From assembly GCF_018398935.1 (NCBI RefSeq), contig NZ_CP074694.1:3360001-3392000 (forward strand): a stretch of 32,000 nt of DNA, read 5' to 3'. Below are positions 14,789-23,888 of the stretch, piece by piece. The notes beneath the pieces were generated by a model that was not told the DNA's origin, searched no databases, and worked only from the letters and a program-made list of their open reading frames with translations. The translations under genes and the position numbers were made by a program. Positions within the stretch are counted from its first letter, which is position 1. Each line of letters begins with the position of its first letter. This DNA comes from Telmatocola sphagniphila. Its GTDB lineage: Bacteria; Planctomycetota; Planctomycetia; Gemmatales; Gemmataceae.

Positions 14789-16027
14789 CTAGACTTTCAA
14801 CGGTTGTGGCCCGAGGGTTACAACCGTTATTCCCTTTGGTGGGAACCTCTTCACATGATCCAGAATCGCTGAAACATTCAATTCGTCGATAGCCTGCTGA
14901 ATTTCCGCGAGAGTCCGAATGCGGCCCAGATAGTACCAATCGGAAGTCAGACTGCTTACCCTGGCTCCCGTCGACTCCTGCCGCATGATCAGGGAAGCCT
15001 TCAAACCCACTTTGACCCGTTGCAGCTCTTCCTCTTCTATTCCTTCCGGCAACCGCTTCAACTCGTGCAGCGTGCGATCGAAGGTCTCCTGAGCCTTTTC
15101 CGGCCGGGAACCTGCATAAGCAAGAATCGAGCCGCGATCTTGGAAAGCCTCATAACTGGCGTAAACGCTGTAGCAAAGTCCGTACTTTTCGCGAACTTCC
15201 ATGAATAGTCGGGAGGACATATCCAGCGACAGCACACCGACCGCGGCTCGGGCCAGATAATTATCCGGATGAACCAAGGGCACGCTCGGATAGATCAGCG
15301 CGATTTGCGTCTGGTCCAGGTCCTTTTGCAAATGCACGTATTTTGCTTCCAATCCCGTCAGAGGAGAGATTGGATAAGCTGTCGGCGTTTGTTCCTTCCA
15401 GCCGCCAAACAGTGTTTCAACATCTTTTCGGAGCATGTCCCAGTTAATGTCACCCGCCACGGCCAGGATCACATTGGAAGGATGGAAGTGCTTCGCGTAA
15501 TGTTGCCGGACATCTTCGATCTTAGCGACTTCGATACCGGCCTCGGTTCCGCGTTGATCGCGCCCCAGAGGATCGGGATAGTAGTTCTTGCGAAGCTCCA
15601 CCATCACCTTGCTTTGCGGTTCATCCTCCAGATTCTGAATATCCTGAATCGCCAGCGCCTGCACGGCCTCCAACTCTTCTTCCGGAAAGTGAGGCCTCTG
15701 CAGGAGATCCGCATAGAGTTTTAAGGCGGGCGTCAGATTCGTGGCCAGGGTAACGCCGCCAAAGTGCAGGTTGATTCCGCCAGTGCTCTCGGAACGGTCG
15801 ACACCGAGATTGTCTAGGGCGTCGGAAAACTGTCGACTATCGAGTTCCCCCGCCCCCCGCGTAATCAGATCCGTCAACAGTCCACTTAGCCCGAGTTTAT
15901 CGACCGGGTCGTACGCCCCGCCCGCGCGGACCATGAAGCTGAAGGCCGCCGAACGTACGTGGGGCAATCGTTCGGCCAGGAGTGTCATCCCATTCGGAAG
16001 GATGTGCGTGTAAATGAGTTGTTGCAT
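14789..16027 (-). CDS. M16-family peptidase homolog lacking the HxxEH zinc motif (probable non-catalytic subunit type)
   Basis: The 412-aa product has M16 architecture (LPNGMTLLAE..., two-domain length). At the expected zinc-site position the sequence reads GLSGLLTDLITRG rather than HxxEH. Confidence 0.82.
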   Translation of the reverse strand: MQQLIYTHILPNGMTLLAERLPHVRSAAFSFMVRAGGAYDPVDKLGLSGLLTDLITRGAGELDSRQFSDALDNLGVDRSESTGGINLHFGGVTLATNLTPALKLYADLLQRPHFPEEELEAVQALAIQDIQNLEDEPQSKVMVELRKNYYPDPLGRDQRGTEAGIEVAKIEDVRQHYAKHFHPSNVILAVAGDINWDMLRKDVETLFGGWKEQTPTAYPISPLTGLEAKYVHLQKDLDQTQIALIYPSVPLVHPDNYLARAAVGVLSLDMSSRLFMEVREKYGLCYSVYASYEAFQDRGSILAYAGSRPEKAQETFDRTLHELKRLPEGIEEEELQRVKVGLKASLIMRQESTGARVSSLTSDWYYLGRIRTLAEIQQAIDELNVSAILDHVKRFPPKGITVVTLGPQPLKV

Positions 16028-16119
16028 TGGGAAAGAATACGAAATTTGTGAGCAGAACGGGAGAGTGGTTCGACAGGGCGAAACTATCGAACCACGATAA
16101 ATATAACTTTTTGGACAAA

Positions 16120-16995
16120 CTACGGAGCGATGCCGGGGGTCGATTTTTTGGCTTTGCGATCGCCTCGCAAATCCTGTCGAGTCAACTCCAACTCCGTCAG
16201 GGTGTATTCGTAAACGTCGCGGAAAAAGATTTCTTCTGAAAACAGGTCCAGCTCGCGAATTCTCCCGATGCGTACAGCGCTGTTATCGAGCAGATCGTGA
16301 ATGGCGGGCATGGTAAATCCGTTCAGCACTCGCTTCAGTTGTTGCAAGCAGGCCGGGCGATCGAATTCCATGAATAAACGGAAGCAATCGCGGAAAAAGC
16401 CGTAGTGAGCCTTTTCATCGATGCTCAAATAATTCAGGATCGCTTCGAGTGCGGGGTCTTTCCCCATCTCTTGCGTGCGATTGCGGAGATTCCGGTAATT
16501 CAGGAAGGTAGCATGTTCCTGCACCATGGCATAGCAGAGCATGCCCAGATTATTATCGTGTGGCAGATTCCATTCCCGCTCGAACACTTTCTTTTCGAGA
16601 TCCGCCATGTACTCTTCGGTGCGCGCCCCGGATTGGAGCAGCCAATCGTTCAGCACCAGTGAGTGTTTCGATTCCTCATATCCCCAGTTCGCGTAAAACC
16701 AGACGCGTCCTTTACTGTTGCGAACAATAGGGAGAATCTTTGAGGTGAAGTCGGGAAGATAAAGCTCGACTGCACAGAAAGTCTCCACCACATCCGCTAT
16801 CACGGGACTGAGAGATTTGTTAACTTGATTCCAGGGGATATCGTGCCGAATGTTCCAGCGCCGTTTCTTCTCCGCTTTATCGAAGAAATCACGGTAGAGC
16901 ACCCATAACTTCTTCTCGAGTTCGAGACAGGACAAAGGCTGTTCGGGCTCTGCTTGAGATTGGACGAGATGTTCATTCCCGTTCTGAGTCGTCAT
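16120..16995 (-). CDS. Soluble acyl-ACP desaturase-family di-iron protein (ferritin-like)
   Basis: Paired carboxylate/His motifs are spaced as in acyl-ACP desaturases: WGYEESKHS, MVQEHATF and SIDEKAHYGFF. Confidence 0.72.
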   Translation of the reverse strand: MTTQNGNEHLVQSQAEPEQPLSCLELEKKLWVLYRDFFDKAEKKRRWNIRHDIPWNQVNKSLSPVIADVVETFCAVELYLPDFTSKILPIVRNSKGRVWFYANWGYEESKHSLVLNDWLLQSGARTEEYMADLEKKVFEREWNLPHDNNLGMLCYAMVQEHATFLNYRNLRNRTQEMGKDPALEAILNYLSIDEKAHYGFFRDCFRLFMEFDRPACLQQLKRVLNGFTMPAIHDLLDNSAVRIGRIRELDLFSEEIFFRDVYEYTLTELELTRQDLRGDRKAKKSTPGIAP

Positions 16996-17102
16996 CGTTC
17001 CTGATTCCGATTTTTTAAATTGTGGTGTGGGGCATATACTGTCCGTGATGCCACAAGCAGCACAACATTGGTACGCAATATATTCTATGGAGTTCAGATC
17101 TA

Positions 17103-17714
17103 ATGAGAACCTCTAGCTTCCTAATAACCGCACTTTTTTCCGGGATTTTCGCCACTTTTTCGGCAGCCGGTGAGTACAACAAAGTTCTCAAAATTGGGGA
17201 TAAAGCCCCCTCGTTTACTCCTCTGCCCGGCACCGATGGAAAAAGCCATTCGCTGGAAGAATGGAAGGATAAAAAAGCACTTGTAATATTCTTCACGTGC
17301 AACAGTTGCCCCACGGCCGAGGATTACGAAGACCGAGTTATTCGCTTTACCAAAAAATATTCTTCTCGATCCGTGGGAGTAGTGGCCTTCTGTGTGAACA
17401 AGATCGCGGATGACAGCATGGAAAAAATGAAGGAGAAGGCCGAGAAGAAAAAATTCCCCTTCGTCTATCTTCGGGATGACTCCCAGAAGATCGCCAAAGA
17501 TTTTGGAGCGAGCTACACTCCTGAGTTCTTTCTGCTCGATCAGGACCGCAAAGTAGTTTACATGGGGGCATTCGACGACAAGAATACCGAAGCCGAAGCG
17601 AAAGTCAATTATCTGGAGTTGGCAACCGAGGCGTTACTGAAAGGCGACAAGATTGAGAAGGCCGAAACACTGGCTCGCGGATGCATGATTCGCTACATCC
17701 GCAAGCGGGACTGA
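17103..17714 (+). CDS. Secreted thioredoxin-fold protein (redoxin/AhpC-TSA-like) with CxxC
   Basis: It has a signal peptide (MRTSSFLITALFSGIFATFSAAG). The motif KALVIFFTCNSCPTA contains a CNSC active-site-like sequence. The C-terminal YTPEFFLLD is typical of a thioredoxin fold. Confidence 0.72.
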   Translation: MRTSSFLITALFSGIFATFSAAGEYNKVLKIGDKAPSFTPLPGTDGKSHSLEEWKDKKALVIFFTCNSCPTAEDYEDRVIRFTKKYSSRSVGVVAFCVNKIADDSMEKMKEKAEKKKFPFVYLRDDSQKIAKDFGASYTPEFFLLDQDRKVVYMGAFDDKNTEAEAKVNYLELATEALLKGDKIEKAETLARGCMIRYIRKRD

Positions 17715-17721
17715 CGAAATA

Positions 17722-18615
17722 TCAACCTTTGAGCAAGCCGTAATTAACCAGTGTCTGCCGAACTTTCTCTACGCCCGCGGCATCCATGGCACACATCGGC
17801 AATCGCAATTCTCCAGTATCGCGGCCCAGTAGTTTCATGGCCGTCTTTAGCGGAATCGGATTGGTGGCCGCACTGAGCATATCGCGGCAGAGCGGGAACA
17901 ATTTCTTATGCCAGGTAATTGCCGTGGCAACATCGCCGGCTTTAAATGCGTTTACCATCGCCTTCAGGTCGCGCGGCACGATATTGCCGACGACCGACAC
18001 CACACCGCGACCGCCAATACTCATCAATGGCAGCGTCAGGGAATCGTCTCCCGAAAGAATTGTGATGTCGCAACCACTGGCGATGCTCGACGCCTGATCG
18101 AGCGAACCGGTCGCTTCCTTGATTGCCACAATTGTGGGAATATCTTTAGCGAGACGGATAATGGTTTCTGGCAGAATATTGGAACCGGTTCGGCCCGGAA
18201 TGTTGTAGAGGACCAGCGGCAGATCGCAGGCCGCGGCGATGGAGGCGAAGTGCTGGTAATAGCCTTCCTGAGTTGGCTTGTTGTAATAGGGACCCACTTG
18301 CAACGACCCGTTAGCGCCCGCCTTCTTGGCCGCTTTGGTGAGTCGAATCGCTTCGCGAGTACTGTTTGAGCCCGTACCGGCCATGACTTTGATGCGACCG
18401 GCGGCTTTCTCAATGACCGTCGCAATCACGCGTTCGTGTTCTTCGTGGTCCAGCGTCGGCGATTCGCCCGTCGTGCCGACCGGAACCAGGCAATCGGTTC
18501 CTTGCTCGATGTGCCAATCCACCAGTTTAGCCAGTGCCGCATAATCGACTTCGCCGTTCTTGAACGGCGTGATGATAGCAACGGATACCCCGGCGAACAT
18601 TTCCCCGCGTGTCAT
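17722..18615 (-). CDS. dapA: 4-hydroxy-tetrahydrodipicolinate synthase
   Basis: [39 protein letters not shown] and IVAIKEA (Schiff-base Lys context) are present. The length is 297 aa. Confidence 0.93.
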   Translation of the reverse strand: MTRGEMFAGVSVAIITPFKNGEVDYAALAKLVDWHIEQGTDCLVPVGTTGESPTLDHEEHERVIATVIEKAAGRIKVMAGTGSNSTREAIRLTKAAKKAGANGSLQVGPYYNKPTQEGYYQHFASIAAACDLPLVLYNIPGRTGSNILPETIIRLAKDIPTIVAIKEATGSLDQASSIASGCDITILSGDDSLTLPLMSIGGRGVVSVVGNIVPRDLKAMVNAFKAGDVATAITWHKKLFPLCRDMLSAATNPIPLKTAMKLLGRDTGELRLPMCAMDAAGVEKVRQTLVNYGLLKG

Positions 18616-18720
18616 GATGCACCTATGTAATTCAAAAGCAATTCGTTGATTGGAAAGTTATACGAGTTTGGGAGACGGAAATGGAAGAAAAATCGTGCCA
18701 TCGGATAGGTTTGCCGTTCC

Positions 18721-18768
18721 ATTTGCCGGGGAGAGGGAAATAACCTCTCCGCAGCAAATCCGTTTTTT
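18721..18768 (+). terminator. Plus-strand-oriented hairpin plus T6 tract lying between two minus-strand genes
   Basis: ATTTGC (18721-18726) pairs with GCAAAT (18754-18759). GGAGAGG (18730-18736) pairs with CCTCTCC (18744-18750) around a 7-nt loop. The sequence then reads ccg followed by TTTTTT (18763-18768). On the minus strand no U-tract follows the hairpin. Confidence 0.4.
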
Positions 18769-18775
18769 ACATATC

Positions 18776-20251
18776 TCAAATCGCGATCGTCACCGTTTTG
18801 ACTTCCGTATACAGATCCAGGGCGTACTCCCCAAGTTCGCGCCCCAAGCCAGACATTTTGTACCCGCCGAACGGCGCGGCCGCATCGAAGACATCGTAAC
18901 AGTTCACCCAGACTGTCCCGGCCCGCAACCCGTTAGCGAGTGCAAAGGCTTTCTGAATATCCTTGGTCCAGACGGCGGCGGCCAGCCCGTAAATCGTTCG
19001 ATTGCCTCGCTTTATCACTTCGTCGACATCTTTGAATTTCAGAACGCTCATTACCGGGCCAAAAATCTCCTCCTTGGCAATCTTCATTTCATCATGGACG
19101 CCGCTAAAGACAGTCGGCTCGACGAAGTAGCCTTTATCGCCCTGGCGTCCGCCGCCAACTTGCAGTTTTGCTCCACCTTGTTTACCGGCTTCGACGTATC
19201 CCAGAATCCGATTCATCTGCTCCTCGGAAACTTGCGGCCCTTGCGTCGTATCGGTTTCGAAAGGATCGCCTACTTTCTGTTTCCGGGCTTTGGCGACCAG
19301 TTTTTCAACGAATTCATCGTGAATTTTTTCTTCCACGAACAAACGGCTACCCGCACAGCAGCATTGCCCCTGATTGAAAAACAGTGCGAAGTAGGCGCCG
19401 TCCACTGCGGCATCCAGATCGGCATCGGCGAAAATCACGTTGGGCGACTTGCCCCCCAATTCGAGACTGCAGCGCTTCAGGTTGCTGTTGGCCGCCGCGG
19501 TAAGCACTATCTGCCCAGTTCGGGTCTCGCCGGTGAAGGCGATCTTGTCGACGTCCATGTGCTCGGAGAGGGCTGCACCGGCCGTCGGACCATAACCCGG
19601 TACGACGTTAATCACGCCGGGAGGAAAGCCCACATCGGCACAAAGTTGAGTCACTCTCAAAGCGCTGAGCGGCGTCTGTTCCGCCGGTTTCAGCACGAGT
19701 GTATTTCCGCAAGCCAAAGCAGGCCCCCACTTCCAGGCCTGCATCAGGAGCGGGAAGTTCCAGGGGATAATCTGGCCGACCACGCCGATAGCTTCCCGAC
19801 GGGTGAAACAGGAAAACGGACCTTCGATGGGAATCGTCTTTCCGTGAATCTTGTCTGCCCAGCCAGCGTAATAGCGGTAGCACTTGATTACCAATCCCAC
19901 ATCGCCGAGGGCATCCTTGAATGGCTTGCCATTATCGAGCGATTCCAGACCGGCCAGTTCTTCGGCGTGCTTTTCGATGGCACCGGCCAGTTTGTAGATC
20001 AATCTGCCCCTTTCGGCCGAACTCATTCGCGGCCAGGGACCTCCCTCAAAAGCCCGGCGAGCCGCTTTGACGGCCATTTCGATATCGGCCTTGTCCCCTT
20101 CGGAGACCTGGCACAGAACTTCACCGGTGCTGGGGTTCACCGTGGGGAACGTTTTCCCCGAAACGGAGTTGACCCACATCCCATCGATAAAAAGTTGTTT
20201 ATTCGTGATTTGGGGAGGTTGGATGCGTTTCGCACTGCTCATCGTAGTCAT
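18776..20251 (-). CDS. NAD(P)+-dependent aldehyde dehydrogenase (ALDH superfamily)
   Basis: The 491-aa product contains FTGETRTGQ, the catalytic Glu box ELGGKSP, and the catalytic Cys box [26 protein letters not shown] lies at the C-terminus. Confidence 0.93.
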   Translation of the reverse strand: MTTMSSAKRIQPPQITNKQLFIDGMWVNSVSGKTFPTVNPSTGEVLCQVSEGDKADIEMAVKAARRAFEGGPWPRMSSAERGRLIYKLAGAIEKHAEELAGLESLDNGKPFKDALGDVGLVIKCYRYYAGWADKIHGKTIPIEGPFSCFTRREAIGVVGQIIPWNFPLLMQAWKWGPALACGNTLVLKPAEQTPLSALRVTQLCADVGFPPGVINVVPGYGPTAGAALSEHMDVDKIAFTGETRTGQIVLTAAANSNLKRCSLELGGKSPNVIFADADLDAAVDGAYFALFFNQGQCCCAGSRLFVEEKIHDEFVEKLVAKARKQKVGDPFETDTTQGPQVSEEQMNRILGYVEAGKQGGAKLQVGGGRQGDKGYFVEPTVFSGVHDEMKIAKEEIFGPVMSVLKFKDVDEVIKRGNRTIYGLAAAVWTKDIQKAFALANGLRAGTVWVNCYDVFDAAAPFGGYKMSGLGRELGEYALDLYTEVKTVTIAI

Positions 20252-20365
20252 AAATAGCCTTTGAAACTGAGAGAGGAAGTTCCCAATTTCGCCATTGTCC
20301 GCCCGGACGAATTGAAGTCAAGCGGATATCGCCGTAAATCAAGAATAACAGAACGGAGCATTCTC

Positions 20366-21862
20366 TTGCATTACTTTCCAGATTCCGCCCTCTTCGGCGA
20401 GTTGGCCCAAAACCATAAAGTGGTTCCGGTTTATCGGCAATTGCTGGGGGACACGCTCACTCCCGTCAGTGCCTTTCAGAAACTCAAAGGCAGCGGCCCC
20501 GGCTTCCTTTTTGAAAGTGTGATCGGCGGGGAACGTCTGGGCAGATTCAGCTTTCTCGGTGTGAATCCCTTTTTACGCTTCCGCGCCTTCCGTAATCAGA
20601 TTCAGATCAGCGATTCGACCGGAAAGGTAATCAGCCAGACCGAATCGCAAGATCCCACGAAGGACTTGCAAACGAAAATTGCTGAAATGCAAGTCGCCAC
20701 GGTTCCCGGACTGCCCCGTTTCTGCGGCGGCGCCGTGGGCTACGCTGCATACGACACGATCCGCTACGTGGAACACCTTCCCAATGCTCCTACCGATGAT
20801 CGAAAGCTGCCCGATTTGAATTTCGATTTTTACGACAGAATGGTCATCTTCGATCACATCAACAAGACCATCCTGGTTGTGGTACACGTCCAGGTGGACG
20901 GCAAGGATGTCTCGGCAAGCTACGAAAAAGCTTGCCGGGATGTGGATGATATAGTTCACCAGTTGGAACAACCCGCCAAGCATGCGGAGTTGCGCGACAT
21001 TCATCGAGGTGGTGTTGCCAAGATACCCTTTGAATCCAATTTCACCAAAGCCGGATATGAAGCGGCCGTGCGAAAATGTCAGGAGTACATTTTCGCTGGA
21101 GACATTTTTCAAGTGGTCCTGAGCCAGCGACTTCAGGCCAAGCTGACCGCTCCTCCTTTTGAGGTCTACCGGGCTTTGAGAGTTCTAAATCCCTCTCCCT
21201 TTATGTTCTTCATCGAAACCGGAGACTGTTCCCTCGTCGGCAGTTCTCCGGAGATCATGACTCGCGTGGAAAACGGCCTGGTCACCATTCGCCCCTTAGC
21301 CGGTACTCGACCGCGCGGTAAGACTCCCGAAGAGGATCGCCAGTTGGAAATCGATTTGCTGGCCGATCCGAAAGAGCGAGCCGAGCATATCATGCTCGTC
21401 GATCTGGGTCGCAATGACGTCGGCCGGATCAGCAAGTTCGGTTCGGTAAGACTGCAGGATCTTCTGGTGGTCGAGCGTTACAGCCACGTCATGCACATCT
21501 CCAGCACTGTGGTCGGGCAATTGCAAGACGGCCTGACTTCCTTCGATGCGTTACGCTCTTGCCTGCCGGCTGGAACGCTCAGCGGTGCCCCGAAAGTTCG
21601 CGCCATGGAAATTATCGACGAATTGGAACCTCATCGGCGTGGGCCGTACGGAGGGGCGGTCGGCTACGTCGATTTCTCCGGCAACATGGACACCTGTATC
21701 GCTCTGCGGACCATGGTGATTCAAGGCGAAATCGCTTACGTTCAGGCCGGGGCGGGTATCGTGGCCGATAGTGATCCTGCTACGGAGTATCAAGAGTCGC
21801 TGAATAAAGCCATGGCCTTGCTGCGAGCTTTGGAAGTGGCCAAATCCGAGGACCGGCGCTAA
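20366..21862 (+). CDS. trpE: Anthranilate synthase component I
   Basis: LTPVSAFQKL, the chorismate-binding region (GDIFQVVLSQR, NPSPFMFF, LAGTRPRG, EHIMLVDLGRND, GTLSGAPKVRAMEII, RGPYGGAVGY) and ALRT are present. The track starts at TTG 20261. I prefer TTG 20366, preceded by GGAG at 20355-20358. Confidence 0.9.
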   Translation: MHYFPDSALFGELAQNHKVVPVYRQLLGDTLTPVSAFQKLKGSGPGFLFESVIGGERLGRFSFLGVNPFLRFRAFRNQIQISDSTGKVISQTESQDPTKDLQTKIAEMQVATVPGLPRFCGGAVGYAAYDTIRYVEHLPNAPTDDRKLPDLNFDFYDRMVIFDHINKTILVVVHVQVDGKDVSASYEKACRDVDDIVHQLEQPAKHAELRDIHRGGVAKIPFESNFTKAGYEAAVRKCQEYIFAGDIFQVVLSQRLQAKLTAPPFEVYRALRVLNPSPFMFFIETGDCSLVGSSPEIMTRVENGLVTIRPLAGTRPRGKTPEEDRQLEIDLLADPKERAEHIMLVDLGRNDVGRISKFGSVRLQDLLVVERYSHVMHISSTVVGQLQDGLTSFDALRSCLPAGTLSGAPKVRAMEIIDELEPHRRGPYGGAVGYVDFSGNMDTCIALRTMVIQGEIAYVQAGAGIVADSDPATEYQESLNKAMALLRALEVAKSEDRR

Positions 21863-21939
21863 TAGGATTTGCCCCGGGCGATCGTGAACTCGGGCAAAAT
21901 CGACTTCTCTTTTTTGGAGGTTTCGATTATCTGGGGAGC

Positions 21940-22818
21940 ATGGCCAGTAATCCTGCTCGAGTTGTTGCCTGGACCGCATCCATCACGCTGCACGTGCTTG
22001 CCTGCCTTGTGGTCTTTGCCTGGTTTGCCACTCGCGAGGAAGTTCAACGAAGCGACCCTCGGAGTGTGGATACCCGGATCGATCAGAAAGATGCGCCAAT
22101 TCTTTTTGAAATCGATCTGACGGAACGCCTCGCCTCCAAAGCTAAGCCCACTCTTAAACTTACTCGACCAGCCGTGGAAACCAGAATTTCCGCGGCGGTC
22201 GAAAAAATGCCCGGCCCCGGACCGGGAAGCGGTCCCTCGCCTGCACAGACGGCTAAGAGCGATGGACAAACCTCAAAACTTAAATCGGCCGCTATCCCTC
22301 TGCACTCGGCGATCAATCACCCAGGGAAATCGCTCGTTTATGTGCTCGATTGCTCGGGGAGTATGGGAATTGGAGATCGCTGGGCCAAAGCCTGCGATAC
22401 CCTGCTGGCCTCGATCGAAAATCTATCGGAAGGGATGTACTACCAGATCGTGTTGTACGATCGCACGGCGCGTCTGATCGACCGTGGCAGCCAATTGCGA
22501 CCAGTCAAAAAAACAGAACTGAGCGTACTTAGGGAAATACTGGGGAAGAAAATTCCCGAAGGAGAGTCCCGCCACAGCGAAGGCCTTCGTAAAGCCTTAC
22601 TCCTGCAACCAGATGTGGTTTTTCTTCTCACAGACGCCGACGACTTCACGCAAAAGGAATTTGCAGAAGTATCGCCGCTGTTCCGGAATCAAAAATTCAA
22701 CGTATTTCTGTTCGGCGAGTCGAACATACAAGTGGATAGCCCTTTGCACCGGCTGACCAAAGAACGGCGGGGTGGGATGTATATCGTCGGCAAAGAAGGC
22801 TTGGAAAAAGTTCAGTAA
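21940..22818 (+). CDS. Membrane-anchored von Willebrand factor type A (VWA) domain protein
   Basis: The RBS GGGGAG lies directly before the ATG. There is an N-terminal TM helix (VVAWTASITLHVLACLVVFAWF). The MIDAS-like DxSxS motif occurs in LVYVLDCSGSMG, followed later by VVFLLTDADD. Confidence 0.62.
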   Translation: MASNPARVVAWTASITLHVLACLVVFAWFATREEVQRSDPRSVDTRIDQKDAPILFEIDLTERLASKAKPTLKLTRPAVETRISAAVEKMPGPGPGSGPSPAQTAKSDGQTSKLKSAAIPLHSAINHPGKSLVYVLDCSGSMGIGDRWAKACDTLLASIENLSEGMYYQIVLYDRTARLIDRGSQLRPVKKTELSVLREILGKKIPEGESRHSEGLRKALLLQPDVVFLLTDADDFTQKEFAEVSPLFRNQKFNVFLFGESNIQVDSPLHRLTKERRGGMYIVGKEGLEKVQ

Positions 22819-22820
22819 GG

Positions 22821-23786
22821 CTAGAGCCAGCCCTGTCCTTCTTCGCGAATGATCGTCTCCATCGCCGAAATCCAAACTGCATGATCGTTGAGGCAGGGGC
22901 AAGCCCGAAGGTGTTCGCCACCGGCGTGTTCGAAAACCTCTTTCGATTCCAGCCCGATCTCATCAATCGTTTCGAGACAATCCACCGTGAAACCGGGGAG
23001 AATTGCCAGAATCTTTTTGACACCCTTTTTGGCTAATTTTTCCAGGGTATCATCGGTGTAGGGCCGCAACCATTCTTCCCGACCGAAGAGCGACTGATAG
23101 GTCTGCGTCCACTTGTCGCGTGTGAGATTCAGCTTCTTGACGAGAGCTTGGGTAGTACGAGTCACGTGAGTGGCATAGGGATCACCGCTCTTGGCGTAGC
23201 GCTGCGGGATGCCGTGAAAACTGAGCAGATAATGATCGGGCTTCCAGGAGAGTTTGCCTTCTTCCTCGTGAATAATCGAGACCAAAGCATCGATATAAGC
23301 CGGATGAGCATAGTAAGGCGGCACGATCCGAATAGCAGGAACGTGGCGAATATTCATCAGGTGCTTGAAGAGCACATCAGTGGCCGAGGCCGTGGTAGTA
23401 GCCGAATATTGAGGATACATCGGCATCACAATTAGCCGTTCGACGCCTTGGGCGATCATCTCCTCGACGACCTCTGCGACTGCGGGATTACCAATTTGCA
23501 TACCGCATCGAACGATGCAGTTGGGGAACTTCTTCTGGAGTAGTTCCACCTGACGGAGTGAAAAATATCGGAGTGGCGAACCCGTTTTGGCGTCCCAAAC
23601 GCGGCGGTATTTCGCGGCCGATCTCGCTGGTCGGATCAAGAGGATGATGCGGAGGATAAACCACCACAGTATGCGATTGACTTCGATCACCCGGGGGTCG
23701 CCTAGAAATTGACGCAGATAGCGCCGAAGAGCAGGTGCGGTCGGTTCGTCGGGTGTGCCGAGCTGAATGAGAAGTATGCCGGTCAT
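22821..23786 (-). CDS. hemH: Ferrochelatase
   Basis: ILLIQLGTPD, LRQFLGDPRVIE, PMYPQYSATTTAS, LLSFHGIP and a C-terminal Cys-containing region are present. The track starts at 23825. I prefer ATG 23786, preceded by AGAGGA. Confidence 0.9.
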   Translation of the reverse strand: MTGILLIQLGTPDEPTAPALRRYLRQFLGDPRVIEVNRILWWFILRIILLIRPARSAAKYRRVWDAKTGSPLRYFSLRQVELLQKKFPNCIVRCGMQIGNPAVAEVVEEMIAQGVERLIVMPMYPQYSATTTASATDVLFKHLMNIRHVPAIRIVPPYYAHPAYIDALVSIIHEEEGKLSWKPDHYLLSFHGIPQRYAKSGDPYATHVTRTTQALVKKLNLTRDKWTQTYQSLFGREEWLRPYTDDTLEKLAKKGVKKILAILPGFTVDCLETIDEIGLESKEVFEHAGGEHLRACPCLNDHAVWISAMETIIREEGQGWL

Positions 23787-23840
23787 GGTTCCTCTAGGAT
23801 AGGTAGGAGGAGCCATTCGTTTCAAGACTGGCTGTAAGGG

Positions 23841-23871
23841 GAAAAGCGAGGAGCGGCAGAATTCCGCTCCT
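23841..23871 (-). terminator. Hairpin downstream of the ferredoxin gene (possible terminator or attenuating structure before hemH)
   Basis: On the minus strand, AGGAGCGG pairs with CCGCTCCT as an 8-bp stem (23849-23856 with 23864-23871) around a 7-nt loop. It is followed by CGCTTTTCC. Confidence 0.4.
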
Positions 23872-23888
23872 ACCCCGTGAAAACGGAA

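Noticed and set aside
18616-18775. A possible lysine riboswitch in the dapA leader.
   Set aside because: I read the minus-strand leader and could not find the conserved L-box core elements or its multi-helix junction. The region is also short (160 nt) and shared with the upstream gene's 3' end. A covariance-model scan (Rfam Lysine) would settle it.
18650-20257. A 535-aa plus-strand ORF, longer than the gene it overlaps.
   Set aside because: It is exactly antisense to the aldehyde dehydrogenase, which has unmistakable ALDH catalytic motifs. The plus-strand translation is low-complexity (Arg/Gly/Pro/Phe-rich) with no recognisable motif. This is a typical shadow ORF.
20261-20365. A 35-codon N-terminal extension of trpE from the track's TTG start.
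   Set aside because: The extension ([35 protein letters not shown]) is not TrpE-like. It would leave under 10 nt for the divergent promoter region. An in-frame TTG at 20366 has a GGAG RBS and gives a canonical N-terminus. This is not proven, so the start remains uncertain.
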